The notes under the pieces are model-generated. The model was not told where the DNA came from and ran no database searches. It saw only the letters and a list, made by a program, of their open reading frames with translations. The translations under genes and the position numbers were made by a program. A stretch of DNA of 64,000 nt from Candidatus Kerfeldbacteria bacterium (GTDB taxonomy: Bacteria > Patescibacteriota > Patescibacteriia > UBA9570 > XYC2-FULL-38-9), in assembly GCA_043813585.1 (NCBI GenBank), contig JBDRKW010000020.1, positions 65,185 to 129,184 on the forward strand, read 5' to 3'. Positions within the stretch are counted from its first letter, which is position 1, and every line of letters begins with the position of its first letter. Positions 54,661 through 64,000 of this stretch are shown piece after piece.

Positions 54661-55551
54661 ATGGATGCGTCAATTATCATCGTTTCCTGGAACGTTCGCG
54701 ACCTTCTTTCGAAGTGTTTGCAGAGTATTTATACCTATACGAATGACCTCGATTTTGAGGTCATTGTTGTTGATAATGCGTCAACCGACGGCTCCGCTGC
54801 AATGGTGAAGGACACGTTCCCGCAGGCGAGACTGATCGAAAACGACGCAAATGTTGGTTTTGCCGCCGCAAACAATCAGGGCGCTAAAGACGCAAAAGGA
54901 CGTGTTCTCGTGTTCCTGAATGATGACGTTCAATTAACGAGTAATGCGGTGGAGCGAATGGTACGGCAGATTGAATCAGACAACTCAATTGGCGTGCTCG
55001 GATGTAGAATGAAGTTTCCCGACGGATCCCATCAGGATTCTGTCAGGCATTTTCCGGGTGTACGCGACCAACTCTTGATACTTCTGAAGCTGCATAACAT
55101 CTTCCCGACGCTACCGGCACTCCGACGCTACTTTGCTACAGGCATGGATTACAACAAGGAACAGAAGGTCGATCAGGTAATGGGCGCATGTATGGTGATT
55201 CGGAATGAGATCTTTAAACGCGTTAATGGATTTGATGATGGGTATCGTCTTTGGTTTGAAGAGGTGGATTTGCAAAAGCGGATACAGAAACGGCTGGGTC
55301 TAAGCGCCGTGTATACGCCGAACGTTGAAATTATTCATGTCAAAGGCGCTAGTTTCTTCCAAAATTTATCCCTTCAGAACCAGGCATACCTGAATAGAAG
55401 CATGCGCCGTTATTTTCATAGGCATCATTCGCCGGGAGCCTATCTTTTAATAGCTGCGCTGCAACCTTTCAGTTATGCGCTGGCGGCGATTGCGCAACTT
55501 TTTCAGAAAACAGGCGTTGATATTAAAAAGTACAAGCATGGACACGATTAA
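54661..55551 (+). CDS. Family 2 glycosyltransferase (WbbL-like)
   Basis: IIIVSWN, VDNASTDGS, NVGFAAANN, GACM, GFDD...FEEVD. Confidence 0.9.
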   Translation: MDASIIIVSWNVRDLLSKCLQSIYTYTNDLDFEVIVVDNASTDGSAAMVKDTFPQARLIENDANVGFAAANNQGAKDAKGRVLVFLNDDVQLTSNAVERMVRQIESDNSIGVLGCRMKFPDGSHQDSVRHFPGVRDQLLILLKLHNIFPTLPALRRYFATGMDYNKEQKVDQVMGACMVIRNEIFKRVNGFDDGYRLWFEEVDLQKRIQKRLGLSAVYTPNVEIIHVKGASFFQNLSLQNQAYLNRSMRRYFHRHHSPGAYLLIAALQPFSYALAAIAQLFQKTGVDIKKYKHGHD

Positions 55552-57037
55552 GGATTATTATAAGAACCTATACGCGTCCATCCCGTTTTGGTGGATTGTT
55601 CTTGTTATCCTCTGTGTCGAGGTGGTATCTTTTGCCGGCCATAATTTTGATATTGTCGAAACAGCCGCATTTGCAGCGATTGTTGCTCTTACGTTCGTAT
55701 ACTCCCTCCGCAACCTGAAGATTGGCGTCTTTATACTTATCACAGAGTTATTTATCGGGTCTAAAGGATATCTGTTTGCCGTTGACATCGGGTCATTTTC
55801 CGTCTCAATCCGGCTCGCACTTTTCTTAACAGTATTTGCCGCGTATTTGATCTGGTTGATACGGGACAGGCGCATTGAATTTTTTCGCTGGTCACTTTGG
55901 AAAGAATACTCTCTCGTAATCGTTTTAATCGTCGTAGGCGTGGTTATTGGCGTATTGCGCGGTAATGAATTGACGAATATCTTCCTTGATACCAACGGGT
56001 ATCTCTATTTCGGTCTTATCGGACCGTACACGCAGGCAATAAAATCGCGTGATGATTCAAAACAAGCTATTGCACTTCTATTTGCCGGAATGACGGCGCT
56101 CGGTATCAAGACACTGGTCATTCTCGCGATGTTTTCACAGATCAGCGTACTGGAGTTCACATTGCCGGGCATCTATCGCTGGATTCGAGATACAGGAGTA
56201 GGGGAGATTACTCGTTTTGAAAATGGATTCTCAAGAATCTTCTTTCAAAGCCACTTTTATATGATCGTTCCGTTTTTCTTTGTGCTCGCTCACATGCTCC
56301 TTATAAAGACAAAAACCGCCTGGAAGAACAAAACCGTACTGTCGACTGTTGCACTATTTGGATTATCGATGCTTGTGCTTTTTCTGAGCTATTCAAGAAG
56401 CTTTTGGGCAGGACTTGCCGGTACGATTATTGTTGGATCGCTTTGGCTGTTAATCAGACGCAAAGTTACCATAAAGCGGCTGATTATTGTCGGTGCAATA
56501 TGTATTGCTGTATTTGCGATTGACTATGCAATTGCATTCGGACTGGTAAATATCCCGCTCCCGGGAAACGTTGGGGTTGGCGCGTCGTCTTTATTGATCG
56601 AGCGCACACAGAACATCAGCGATGAACCGGCAGCAGCAACCCGGTGGCAGTCGCTGGATCCGCTAATGGATGCTGCGCTGGAGCATCCACTGATCGGTTC
56701 AGGTCTGGGAAAAACGGTTACGTATATCTCATCGGACCCACGCGTGCTGGAAGAATCGCCGGATGGTTCATATACCACTTTTGCTTTTGAATGGGGGTAT
56801 CTTGATCTCTTCTTAAAGTATGGGATAGTGGGACTTCTTATTTATGCCATGTTCTTCATCGAGTTGTTTCGCAAGGGATTGAAACAAATACAATCAAACA
56901 AACAGCAACCAATTGAGGTTGTTGGATTCATTCTCGTTTTACTTGCTATGCTGGCGATAAATGTGTTTACACCTTATCTCAACCATCCGTTGGGAATTGG
57001 GTTGATTATAATGGCATCACTTGCGCTAACGCTATGA
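55538..57037 (+). CDS. O-antigen ligase/Wzy_C family membrane protein
   Basis: Multi-TM; SYSRSFW, R...HPLIGSGLG, YLDLFLKYGIVG. Confidence 0.85.
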   Translation: MDTIKDYYKNLYASIPFWWIVLVILCVEVVSFAGHNFDIVETAAFAAIVALTFVYSLRNLKIGVFILITELFIGSKGYLFAVDIGSFSVSIRLALFLTVFAAYLIWLIRDRRIEFFRWSLWKEYSLVIVLIVVGVVIGVLRGNELTNIFLDTNGYLYFGLIGPYTQAIKSRDDSKQAIALLFAGMTALGIKTLVILAMFSQISVLEFTLPGIYRWIRDTGVGEITRFENGFSRIFFQSHFYMIVPFFFVLAHMLLIKTKTAWKNKTVLSTVALFGLSMLVLFLSYSRSFWAGLAGTIIVGSLWLLIRRKVTIKRLIIVGAICIAVFAIDYAIAFGLVNIPLPGNVGVGASSLLIERTQNISDEPAAATRWQSLDPLMDAALEHPLIGSGLGKTVTYISSDPRVLEESPDGSYTTFAFEWGYLDLFLKYGIVGLLIYAMFFIELFRKGLKQIQSNKQQPIEVVGFILVLLAMLAINVFTPYLNHPLGIGLIIMASLALTL

Positions 57038-58032
57038 GAAACGCCGTATCAGTTGTAATCGTTACCTACAACGCGCAGGACCATATTGCGGCGTTGTTGG
57101 AGTCGCTGCAAAAACAGACACTGCAGCCAAGCGAGATTATCGTTGTAGACAGCGCGTCGAGCGATCGGACCGTTGATATCATCAATACTAATTTTCCACG
57201 TGTGCGCCTAGAGCGAAGCGAACATAATCTTGATTTTGCAAAGGGGTACAACCGCGGGATAAATCTGTCTTCCGCGCCCATAGTGATGGTTGTGAATCAG
57301 GACGTCGTGCTTGAACCTTCGGCAATTGAAAAACTCGCGGCGGCGTTGCAGGTATCGGAACAGATCGGAGCAGTAGGTCCAAAGTTGTTGCGGGTAGCGG
57401 CGTCGGGCATGAAGAACATTGACACTGTGGGAATTCGCGCAACGCGTGCACGACAATTCCTGAACATCGGTGAAGGGGAAAAGGATGACGGACGGTATAA
57501 TGCGCAACGGCAAGTTTTCGGTTTATCGGGGGCGGCAATTCTGTTAAAGCGGGAAGCACTATTGTCAATTGCAGAAACAGGCAATGGACACCAGGAGTAT
57601 TTTGATGAAGATTTCATCGCATTCAAAGAAGATGTCGACCTTTCTTATCGGCTTAACCACGCAGGATGGACGTTGTATGCAGTACCTAATGCGGTCGGAC
57701 ATTACAACCGGTCAACGTCACTCGATCCGGATTCGCCGATCACTGCCCAGCGGCAACAGCGTACTGCCAGGGCGAAGTCATACTCGTGGAGAAACCACAG
57801 ATGGACCATCATAAAAAACGAACCTCTAGTAAATATTCTACTCGATGGGTGGTTGATAATTCCCTACGAATGCGGGAAAATGCTGTTTTTGCTTGTTCGT
57901 GAACCTAAAACCCTTAAGACACTCCCGTCGTATCTCAAAGGGTTGCCAACGATGCTTAAAAAACGCAAAACGGTATTGACATCTTCAAAAATTTCTGCTA
58001 AACAGTTACGTCAATTACTCTTCCACTCATGA
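57034..58032 (+). CDS. Family 2 glycosyltransferase
   Basis: IVTYN, VDSASSD, NQD, FDEDF..FKEDVDL. Confidence 0.9.
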   Translation: MRNAVSVVIVTYNAQDHIAALLESLQKQTLQPSEIIVVDSASSDRTVDIINTNFPRVRLERSEHNLDFAKGYNRGINLSSAPIVMVVNQDVVLEPSAIEKLAAALQVSEQIGAVGPKLLRVAASGMKNIDTVGIRATRARQFLNIGEGEKDDGRYNAQRQVFGLSGAAILLKREALLSIAETGNGHQEYFDEDFIAFKEDVDLSYRLNHAGWTLYAVPNAVGHYNRSTSLDPDSPITAQRQQRTARAKSYSWRNHRWTIIKNEPLVNILLDGWLIIPYECGKMLFLLVREPKTLKTLPSYLKGLPTMLKKRKTVLTSSKISAKQLRQLLFHS

Positions 58033-58841
58033 AATTATCGTTTATCATCCTCAACTACAAAACCAAGAACCATCTTCGGCTTTGTTTGGAAAATATTCAC
58101 AAGATTCCTCTGGATTTGGAATACGAAATAATAGTTGTTGACAATGCATCAGACGATGGATCGGTTGAAATGGTAAGGCAGCAGTTCCCCGGCGTGATGC
58201 TGATTGAAAACAAGGCCAACACCGGCCATTCTGCAGGTAATAATATGGGTATTAAACAAGCGTCAGGCGAATATATCGCTATTGTGAATCCAGATATTGT
58301 CTTACGCAGTGCCGAAGATTTTCATAAATTGGTAGCATACTTGGACCAGAACGCCAAGATTGCAATGCTTGGACCGCGTCTTCTTAATCCGGATGGTACG
58401 GTACAGAACTCTTGCTACAGGTCCTATTCAACGTTAACGCCACTGTATCGCCGAACGTTCTTGGGAAAACTTCCTTTTGGCAAAAAGGATATCGACCGAC
58501 ATCTTATGGTAGATTTTAAGCACGATGAGATCAGCGAAGTGGACTGGCTCCTCGGCGCATGCATGGTTGTACGGAAAAAAGCCATTGAAGAGATCGGTTT
58601 AATGAATGAGGAGCTGTTTCTCTATTTTGGAGACTATGAATGGTGCGACCGGGCAAGACAGAACGGATGGAAAGTGGTATATTATCCCGGAACGAACGGC
58701 ATCTACCACTACCATAAGCGTGAATCTGATTCCGGCCGGTTCTCTTTCCTGCAAGCATTCTCGTATATTACACGCATACACATTAAAGATTGGTTAACGT
58801 ATTTGAAATTTAGGAGGCACTATGCAAAATCTTCTCGATAA
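58029..58841 (+). CDS. Family 2 glycosyltransferase (WbbL-like)
   Basis: IILNY, VDNASDDGS, NPD, VDWLLGAC. Confidence 0.9.
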   Translation: MKLSFIILNYKTKNHLRLCLENIHKIPLDLEYEIIVVDNASDDGSVEMVRQQFPGVMLIENKANTGHSAGNNMGIKQASGEYIAIVNPDIVLRSAEDFHKLVAYLDQNAKIAMLGPRLLNPDGTVQNSCYRSYSTLTPLYRRTFLGKLPFGKKDIDRHLMVDFKHDEISEVDWLLGACMVVRKKAIEEIGLMNEELFLYFGDYEWCDRARQNGWKVVYYPGTNGIYHYHKRESDSGRFSFLQAFSYITRIHIKDWLTYLKFRRHYAKSSR

Positions 58842-60810
58842 ACATCCTGATGCCAAAGGCGGCAGATGGAAGCGAATGGCAGGATGGAAAAAATTTCTCA
58901 TATATTTTGGAAGCGCGTTAGCAGTGCTTGCTATTGCGCTAGCTGTCTGGGGCGCAATCAACATCAACCGAGCAAAGGTTGTATATGACGAAAGCCTTGC
59001 AGCAAAGCAAAGCATCGAGTACGCACAAACTGCGGTCGCGAACCAGGATTTTGATCTCGCGGCCAGCGATCTTGAAGAGGCGAAGGAGCACTTTGATACG
59101 GCGTTGGATAATTTCGCGCGTTTCCGCGTGTATAAGATTATCCCGGGTCTTGCAGAACAAATAAAAGCCGTAGACAATATTTTACTGGCCGGGAAAAATC
59201 TTTCATCCGGCCTGCAGAAGCTGGTGCTTCTTGTCGTAGATATTAATGACGTAATCGAAGAAAAGGAAGGTGATATTTCATTCGGGGATATTACTGCCGA
59301 AGAAAAGCGAAATATCCTGAAAAAAATGAGCGAATCTCCGGCAGATCTGCAGGGATTAAAATCAGAAATTGAATTGGCGGTCTTCCTGATCGATGAGATT
59401 CCGGAGGATGGCTTGTTTGCCCCGATTCGCGAAGCTGTCGAACCGGTAAAGGAACAATTGCCATTGCTTGAAGCTGTTGTGAACCAGCTCATTCCGGCTG
59501 CGCAGTCATTGCCGACCATTGCAGGGTATCCCAATGAGAAGACCTACCTCTTTCTGTTGCAGAACAACCGGGAGCTCCGGCCGACCGGCGGATTTATCGG
59601 GACGTACGGCATCCTCAAGTTAAAGGACGCGGAGATCCAGCAGTTCACGACGGACAATATCTACAATCTGGACAATCAGGGCAAAGATACCATTACCGAA
59701 CCTGCTCCGGCCCCGATCGCAAAGCATACCAGCACGCAGAATTGGCTGCTGCGCGATATTAACTGGTCGCCGGATTTTCCTGCAACCGCAAAAAAAGCAG
59801 AGGAAAAATATCATGAAGAGGGAGGCACGGAACAGCACATCGACGGCGTCATTGCCGTTACCCCAACATTCATCGAATCCCTTCTTGATATAACCGGTCC
59901 GCTCACGGTCGATGGCGTCGAATTCAATTCAGAGAACCTGTTTGAGACACTCGAATACCAGGTGGAATTTGGCTATTATGAACAGGGGATATCCGACGCT
60001 GAGCGGAAAGAAGTGATCGGCGACCTGTCGTCACGACTCATGGACGAGCTCTTTGCACTGCCGCGCTCAGAATTATCAACGTTGTGGGAAACGTTTGTCG
60101 ATGCGGTTGATTCGAAACAGATCCTGGTATACGTTGATGACCCTATCACGCAGAGCCTAGTGTTAAAGCAAAACTGGGCAGGCGAGATGAAGGTGTACGA
60201 CGGAGATTATCTGATGTTTGTGGACGCGAATTTAGCAGCGTTGAAAACTGACGCTGTACTGGAGCGTGACTTATCCTATTCCGTCAATCAGTTTGACGGA
60301 GAATATTACGGCACCGCAGAAATGCACTACGAGAATACCGGATGGTTTTCGGGCTTCCATACACGGTACCGAACCCATACGCGCATCTACCTGCCGCTCG
60401 GATCTGAAGTTGTTGAGTGGTCAGGGTTCATGACCGGCGATAAGACGCAAAATGGCGTTGCAACAGACCCTGAAATCTATGAGGAATCATTTCCTCATGC
60501 CGATGGTACGACATCAAAATATACCGTCGTGGGCGGATTTACTTCAATTGAACCGCAAACAGGCGGCACGCTACGCATCAAATACAAGCTGCCGGAATCA
60601 GTGGTGGCCCAGATCAATGCGGGAACGTACAAGTTGTATGTGCAAAAACAGGCCGGAACACTGAAGCACGGATTGAATGTATCCTTCGATATTGGCCGCA
60701 AATTACAGGCTGGTTCACCGCTTGACAAAATAGGCGAGATAAGCGAAAATAGCGTCTCCTTTTCAACCGATCTCCACGTGGACAGGAAGTTTATGGTCAC
60801 ACTGGAATAA
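58822..60810 (+). CDS. DUF4012 domain membrane-anchored protein
   Basis: YLFLLQNNRELRPTGGFIG, RDINWSPDFP, DGVIAV, QKQAG. Confidence 0.88.
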   Translation: MQNLLDKHPDAKGGRWKRMAGWKKFLIYFGSALAVLAIALAVWGAININRAKVVYDESLAAKQSIEYAQTAVANQDFDLAASDLEEAKEHFDTALDNFARFRVYKIIPGLAEQIKAVDNILLAGKNLSSGLQKLVLLVVDINDVIEEKEGDISFGDITAEEKRNILKKMSESPADLQGLKSEIELAVFLIDEIPEDGLFAPIREAVEPVKEQLPLLEAVVNQLIPAAQSLPTIAGYPNEKTYLFLLQNNRELRPTGGFIGTYGILKLKDAEIQQFTTDNIYNLDNQGKDTITEPAPAPIAKHTSTQNWLLRDINWSPDFPATAKKAEEKYHEEGGTEQHIDGVIAVTPTFIESLLDITGPLTVDGVEFNSENLFETLEYQVEFGYYEQGISDAERKEVIGDLSSRLMDELFALPRSELSTLWETFVDAVDSKQILVYVDDPITQSLVLKQNWAGEMKVYDGDYLMFVDANLAALKTDAVLERDLSYSVNQFDGEYYGTAEMHYENTGWFSGFHTRYRTHTRIYLPLGSEVVEWSGFMTGDKTQNGVATDPEIYEESFPHADGTTSKYTVVGGFTSIEPQTGGTLRIKYKLPESVVAQINAGTYKLYVQKQAGTLKHGLNVSFDIGRKLQAGSPLDKIGEISENSVSFSTDLHVDRKFMVTLE

Positions 60811-60842
60811 ACCTTTACAGCAGGTTGAACGGGCATTGTTGT

Positions 60843-61850
60843 ATGCTATCAAAAAAAATAGCAATTGATTTAGGTACTGCAAATACGCTTGTATTTGTTC
60901 CCAAGAAGGGCATTGTCATCAATGAACCTTCTGTTGTTGCTATCTCTGTCAGGGATCGAAAGGTGCTGGCAGTCGGAATTGAAGCGAAAGAGATGCTCGG
61001 CCGGACGCCGGACACGATCGTCGCGCAAAAGCCGCTTAAAGACGGCGTGATTGCAGACTACCGCACTACAGAGAGCATGCTGCGCTATTTCATAAATAAA
61101 GCGCTTGGCGGAGTCCGCTTATTCGCGCCGGAAATCATGATCGGTGTTCCGGCTGGCATTACTTCAACTGAACGCCGCGCTGTTATTGATGCGACTATTC
61201 AGGCCGGCGCAAAAGCTGCATACATCATTAAACAGCCGATTGCGTCTGCAATTGGAGCCGGTATACCGATTGGTTCGGCATCCGGCCACATGATCATTGA
61301 AAGCGGCGGCGGCACCACGGAAATTGCGGTTATTTCGCTTGGCGGAATTGTTGCGAATACATCCGTCAGAATAGGCGGGACAAAGCTGGATTATGCAATC
61401 CAGGAATATGTCCGCAAAAAACACAACCTTGCAATCGGTGAACGAACCGCGGAAGATCTGAAAATCAAGATTGGATCGGCACTGCCGCTAAAAGATCCGG
61501 TCAAACAGGATGTGCGCGGCCGCGACGTCATTACAGGGCTGCCTAAAACCGCTACGGTGACATCCGATGACGTTACAGAGGCGATTCAGGGAGAATTGAA
61601 CGAATTAATCGAAGCAGTAAAATCCGTTCTCCAGGAAACGCCACCGGAACTTGCCGCCGACGTCATTGATAAAGGAATGGTGCTATCCGGCGGCAGCGGT
61701 ATGCTGCGAAACCTGGATGAATTGCTGAGCCGCGCGACTGACGTTCCTGCATATGTGGCAGAGGACTGCCTGTTGAACGTCGTTAACGGCGCCGGGATTG
61801 CATTAGAAAATTTGGAATCGTACAAACGGTCCATTATGGAAAATAAATAG
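60843..61850 (+). CDS. mreB: Rod shape-determining protein MreB/Mbl
   Basis: IDLGTANTL, EPSVVA, PLKDGVIAD, GGGTTE, IGERTAE, TPPELAAD. Confidence 0.95.
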   Translation: MLSKKIAIDLGTANTLVFVPKKGIVINEPSVVAISVRDRKVLAVGIEAKEMLGRTPDTIVAQKPLKDGVIADYRTTESMLRYFINKALGGVRLFAPEIMIGVPAGITSTERRAVIDATIQAGAKAAYIIKQPIASAIGAGIPIGSASGHMIIESGGGTTEIAVISLGGIVANTSVRIGGTKLDYAIQEYVRKKHNLAIGERTAEDLKIKIGSALPLKDPVKQDVRGRDVITGLPKTATVTSDDVTEAIQGELNELIEAVKSVLQETPPELAADVIDKGMVLSGGSGMLRNLDELLSRATDVPAYVAEDCLLNVVNGAGIALENLESYKRSIMENK

Positions 61851-61864
61851 GGGAGAGCTTTCTT

Positions 61865-63070
61865 ATGGTTATTGGCATTGATGCGTCACGCGCAAACAAG
61901 CAAGAGCGTACCGGCACGGAGTGGTATTCCTATCATGTCATCCAACAGCTGAAAGAAATTATTCCTGATACGCATCAGGTCTTTTTATATACCAAAGAGC
62001 CATTATTGGACGACCTGGCTGATCTGCCGCAACACTGGAAAAGCAAGGTTTTGGCATGGCCTCCACGGTTCCTATGGACCCAATTGCGGCTGTCTCTGGA
62101 AATGCTCTTGCACAAGCCGGATATTCTGTATATTCCGGCTCATACCATACCGATTATCCACCCCGAAAAAATTGCTCTCGTCGTGCATGACGTCGGATTT
62201 GAGCGTCAGGATGAACTCTATGACCCGAAGCTGATCGGATATAATTCCGGAGTAATGAAAAGAATCATCAATGCAGGAGTGAAATTGGCAACCCTGGGCA
62301 AATACGGATCATCCGAGCGTGACTACCATCGTTTTGCGATGGATCTTGCCGTGAAGCATGCGACCAGAATCATAACCGTATCTGAATTTTCAAAGCGGGA
62401 GATGATCGACATTTACAAGCTACCCGAAGAGCTGATAGCTGCCATTCCAAACGGCTTTAACGCACTGGCAGCTCCTGCTGATACTGAAGAGATCCTGGCT
62501 GAGTTATCAATTTCCAAACCGTATATCGCATTTGTCGGCCGGCTGGAGCAAAAGAAGAATGTACCGCGTCTTATTGAGGCGTTTGGCGTGCTGAAGCAGA
62601 GTTACGGCTATGAAGGGAAACTCGTGCTTGTCGGGTCGCCGGGGTATCAGCATGAACTCATTCAGAAGCTCATTCGGGACAACCAATTGTCCGGCGATAT
62701 TATTGAAACAGGCTGGGCGGATAGTGCGCAATTAGCGGCCATTGTCGCAAACGCCGATGTTTTCGTATTGCCGTCGCTATATGAAGGATTTGGAATTCCG
62801 GTGCTGGAAGCAATGAGCGCTGACACTGTCGTTGCCTGCTCAGATATACCATCATTGCGGGAGGTTGCGGGAGACGCGGCATTTTTCTTTAATTCAAAAT
62901 CGAGCAACGCAATCGCCGCTGCTCTGAATACGGTAATATCGGATGAATTACTGCGAGACGATCTCATTTTACGGGGCAGAAGGCGAATCACTCATTTTTC
63001 ATGGGCATTAACAGCCAAATCCACATGGGCGGAGTTGGAAAAAATATTGTACAATACAGGACATGAATAA
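61865..63070 (+). CDS. Family 4 glycosyltransferase
   Basis: TGTEWY, VGRLEQKKN, PSLYEGFGIPVLEAM. Confidence 0.92.
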   Translation: MVIGIDASRANKQERTGTEWYSYHVIQQLKEIIPDTHQVFLYTKEPLLDDLADLPQHWKSKVLAWPPRFLWTQLRLSLEMLLHKPDILYIPAHTIPIIHPEKIALVVHDVGFERQDELYDPKLIGYNSGVMKRIINAGVKLATLGKYGSSERDYHRFAMDLAVKHATRIITVSEFSKREMIDIYKLPEELIAAIPNGFNALAAPADTEEILAELSISKPYIAFVGRLEQKKNVPRLIEAFGVLKQSYGYEGKLVLVGSPGYQHELIQKLIRDNQLSGDIIETGWADSAQLAAIVANADVFVLPSLYEGFGIPVLEAMSADTVVACSDIPSLREVAGDAAFFFNSKSSNAIAAALNTVISDELLRDDLILRGRRRITHFSWALTAKSTWAELEKILYNTGHE

Positions 63071-64000
63071 ATCCGCAGAAGCGGCGTTGGAAAAAGCGTA
63101 TCCAAAGCAGGTCAACTACTTGAGATCTGTCGTGATTTCTGGTACAATCAACCACGCATATTGCTTCATTGGCACTGATCAGGGCGGACAAAATCATTTG
63201 CTCGAATATCTTTGCCAGGAAGCCGCCTGCACTGATAATGATGGTGCGTCGTGCGGCCAGTGTGATAGTTGTACCGAGGCGCACCGTGATTTGCACGCAG
63301 ATATTCTCACGATTCAAGGCGAAATAAATGAGCCGATTGGGATTGAACTGGCCCATGCCGTTCATCGCCATCTAGCATCGCGTCCTGTGCTTGCTCCGAA
63401 GCGGATCGCACTTATAAAAAACGCACATCACATGACAGCCCAGGCGGCTAATGCATTATTGAAAATTGTGGAAGAGCCGCCGAAATGCGCAGTCATTCTC
63501 ATGAGCACTTCTTTGCCGGATATGCTGCCGGCAACACTCTTATCGCGAATGCAAGCTGTCAGGGTGCCCAGAATGCCCCATACGGCGGTGAAACAGCTAT
63601 TTTCGGAGGTATCTGCCTATTCGCAGCAACAGCAGGAAACCTACACGCACCTGGCAGACGGCAGGTTTGAACGTGTTTTGCAGTTATCTGATCCCGAAGG
63701 AGAGGAAAAAGAGTGGTGGCACGATCAACTGCAACTCTGGATTACGTTTTTACTGTCATCAACGGCAAAACGGGATGCGCTCATTCAAAAGGAATTCATG
63801 ACGGGCAAGCAATCGAAGGAAAAAGTACATACCTTGCCGCAAGTGCTTGGCCTTCTGGAAATTATTCTTCGCGACACCATTCTGCATAATTCCGGATTTG
63901 AAGGAATGAAAATGATCCAGCTGCAGGGAAAATCACTCGAACAGTTGCAGAAAAAATATTCTGTCGATAATAGCCGGCACGCACTGTCGCAACTGACGGA
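63063..64000 (+). CDS. holB: DNA polymerase III delta' subunit (runs off the window end; not in ORF track)
   Basis: Manual translation gives HAYCF, CGQCDSC, MTAQAANALLKIVEEPP, LPATLLSR. Confidence 0.85.
   Translation, partial: MNKSAEAALEKAYPKQVNYLRSVVISGTINHAYCFIGTDQGGQNHLLEYLCQEAACTDNDGASCGQCDSCTEAHRDLHADILTIQGEINEPIGIELAHAVHRHLASRPVLAPKRIALIKNAHHMTAQAANALLKIVEEPPKCAVILMSTSLPDMLPATLLSRMQAVRVPRMPHTAVKQLFSEVSAYSQQQQETYTHLADGRFERVLQLSDPEGEEKEWWHDQLQLWITFLLSSTAKRDALIQKEFMTGKQSKEKVHTLPQVLGLLEIILRDTILHNSGFEGMKMIQLQGKSLEQLQKKYSVDNSRHALSQLT

Noticed and set aside
50891-63070. Glycosyltransferase, flippase and ligase cluster as a novel system
   Set aside because: It is an ordinary surface-glycan locus, and nothing unusual is visible by eye.

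Overview
A gene-dense, mostly plus-strand bacterial chromosome segment using the standard genetic code. It is most likely from a Patescibacteria/CPR (Parcubacteria-like) genome. That is an inference from the RpoA lacking its alpha-CTD, the short AlaRS, the scarcity of Shine-Dalgarno sites and the gene content. Housekeeping content includes ftsB-like, prsA, ftsEX, mreB, holB (partial), alaS, mnmA, thiI, rlmD, the infA-rpmJ-rpsM-rpsK-rpsD-rpoA-rplQ-rplM-rpsI cluster, tRNA-Thr and tRNA-Gln, and a surface-glycan cluster. Accessory content includes two tandem CSLREA surface proteins, an HD-domain operon, a fatty-acid salvage module and partial riboflavin genes. The best candidate for an undescribed system is 29.5-40.9 kb. 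It holds three tandem proteins, each with a large helical domain plus a phospho-His swivel domain, and a stand-alone PPDK/PEPS ATP-grasp protein, with no pyruvate-binding barrel in the window. It also holds an ATCase-like transcarbamylase with a rewired substrate site and two YtcJ-like amidohydrolases. Together these look like a modular one-ATP-grasp/many-acceptor dikinase system with a small-molecule pathway. All family calls come from motif recognition by eye; no searches were run.
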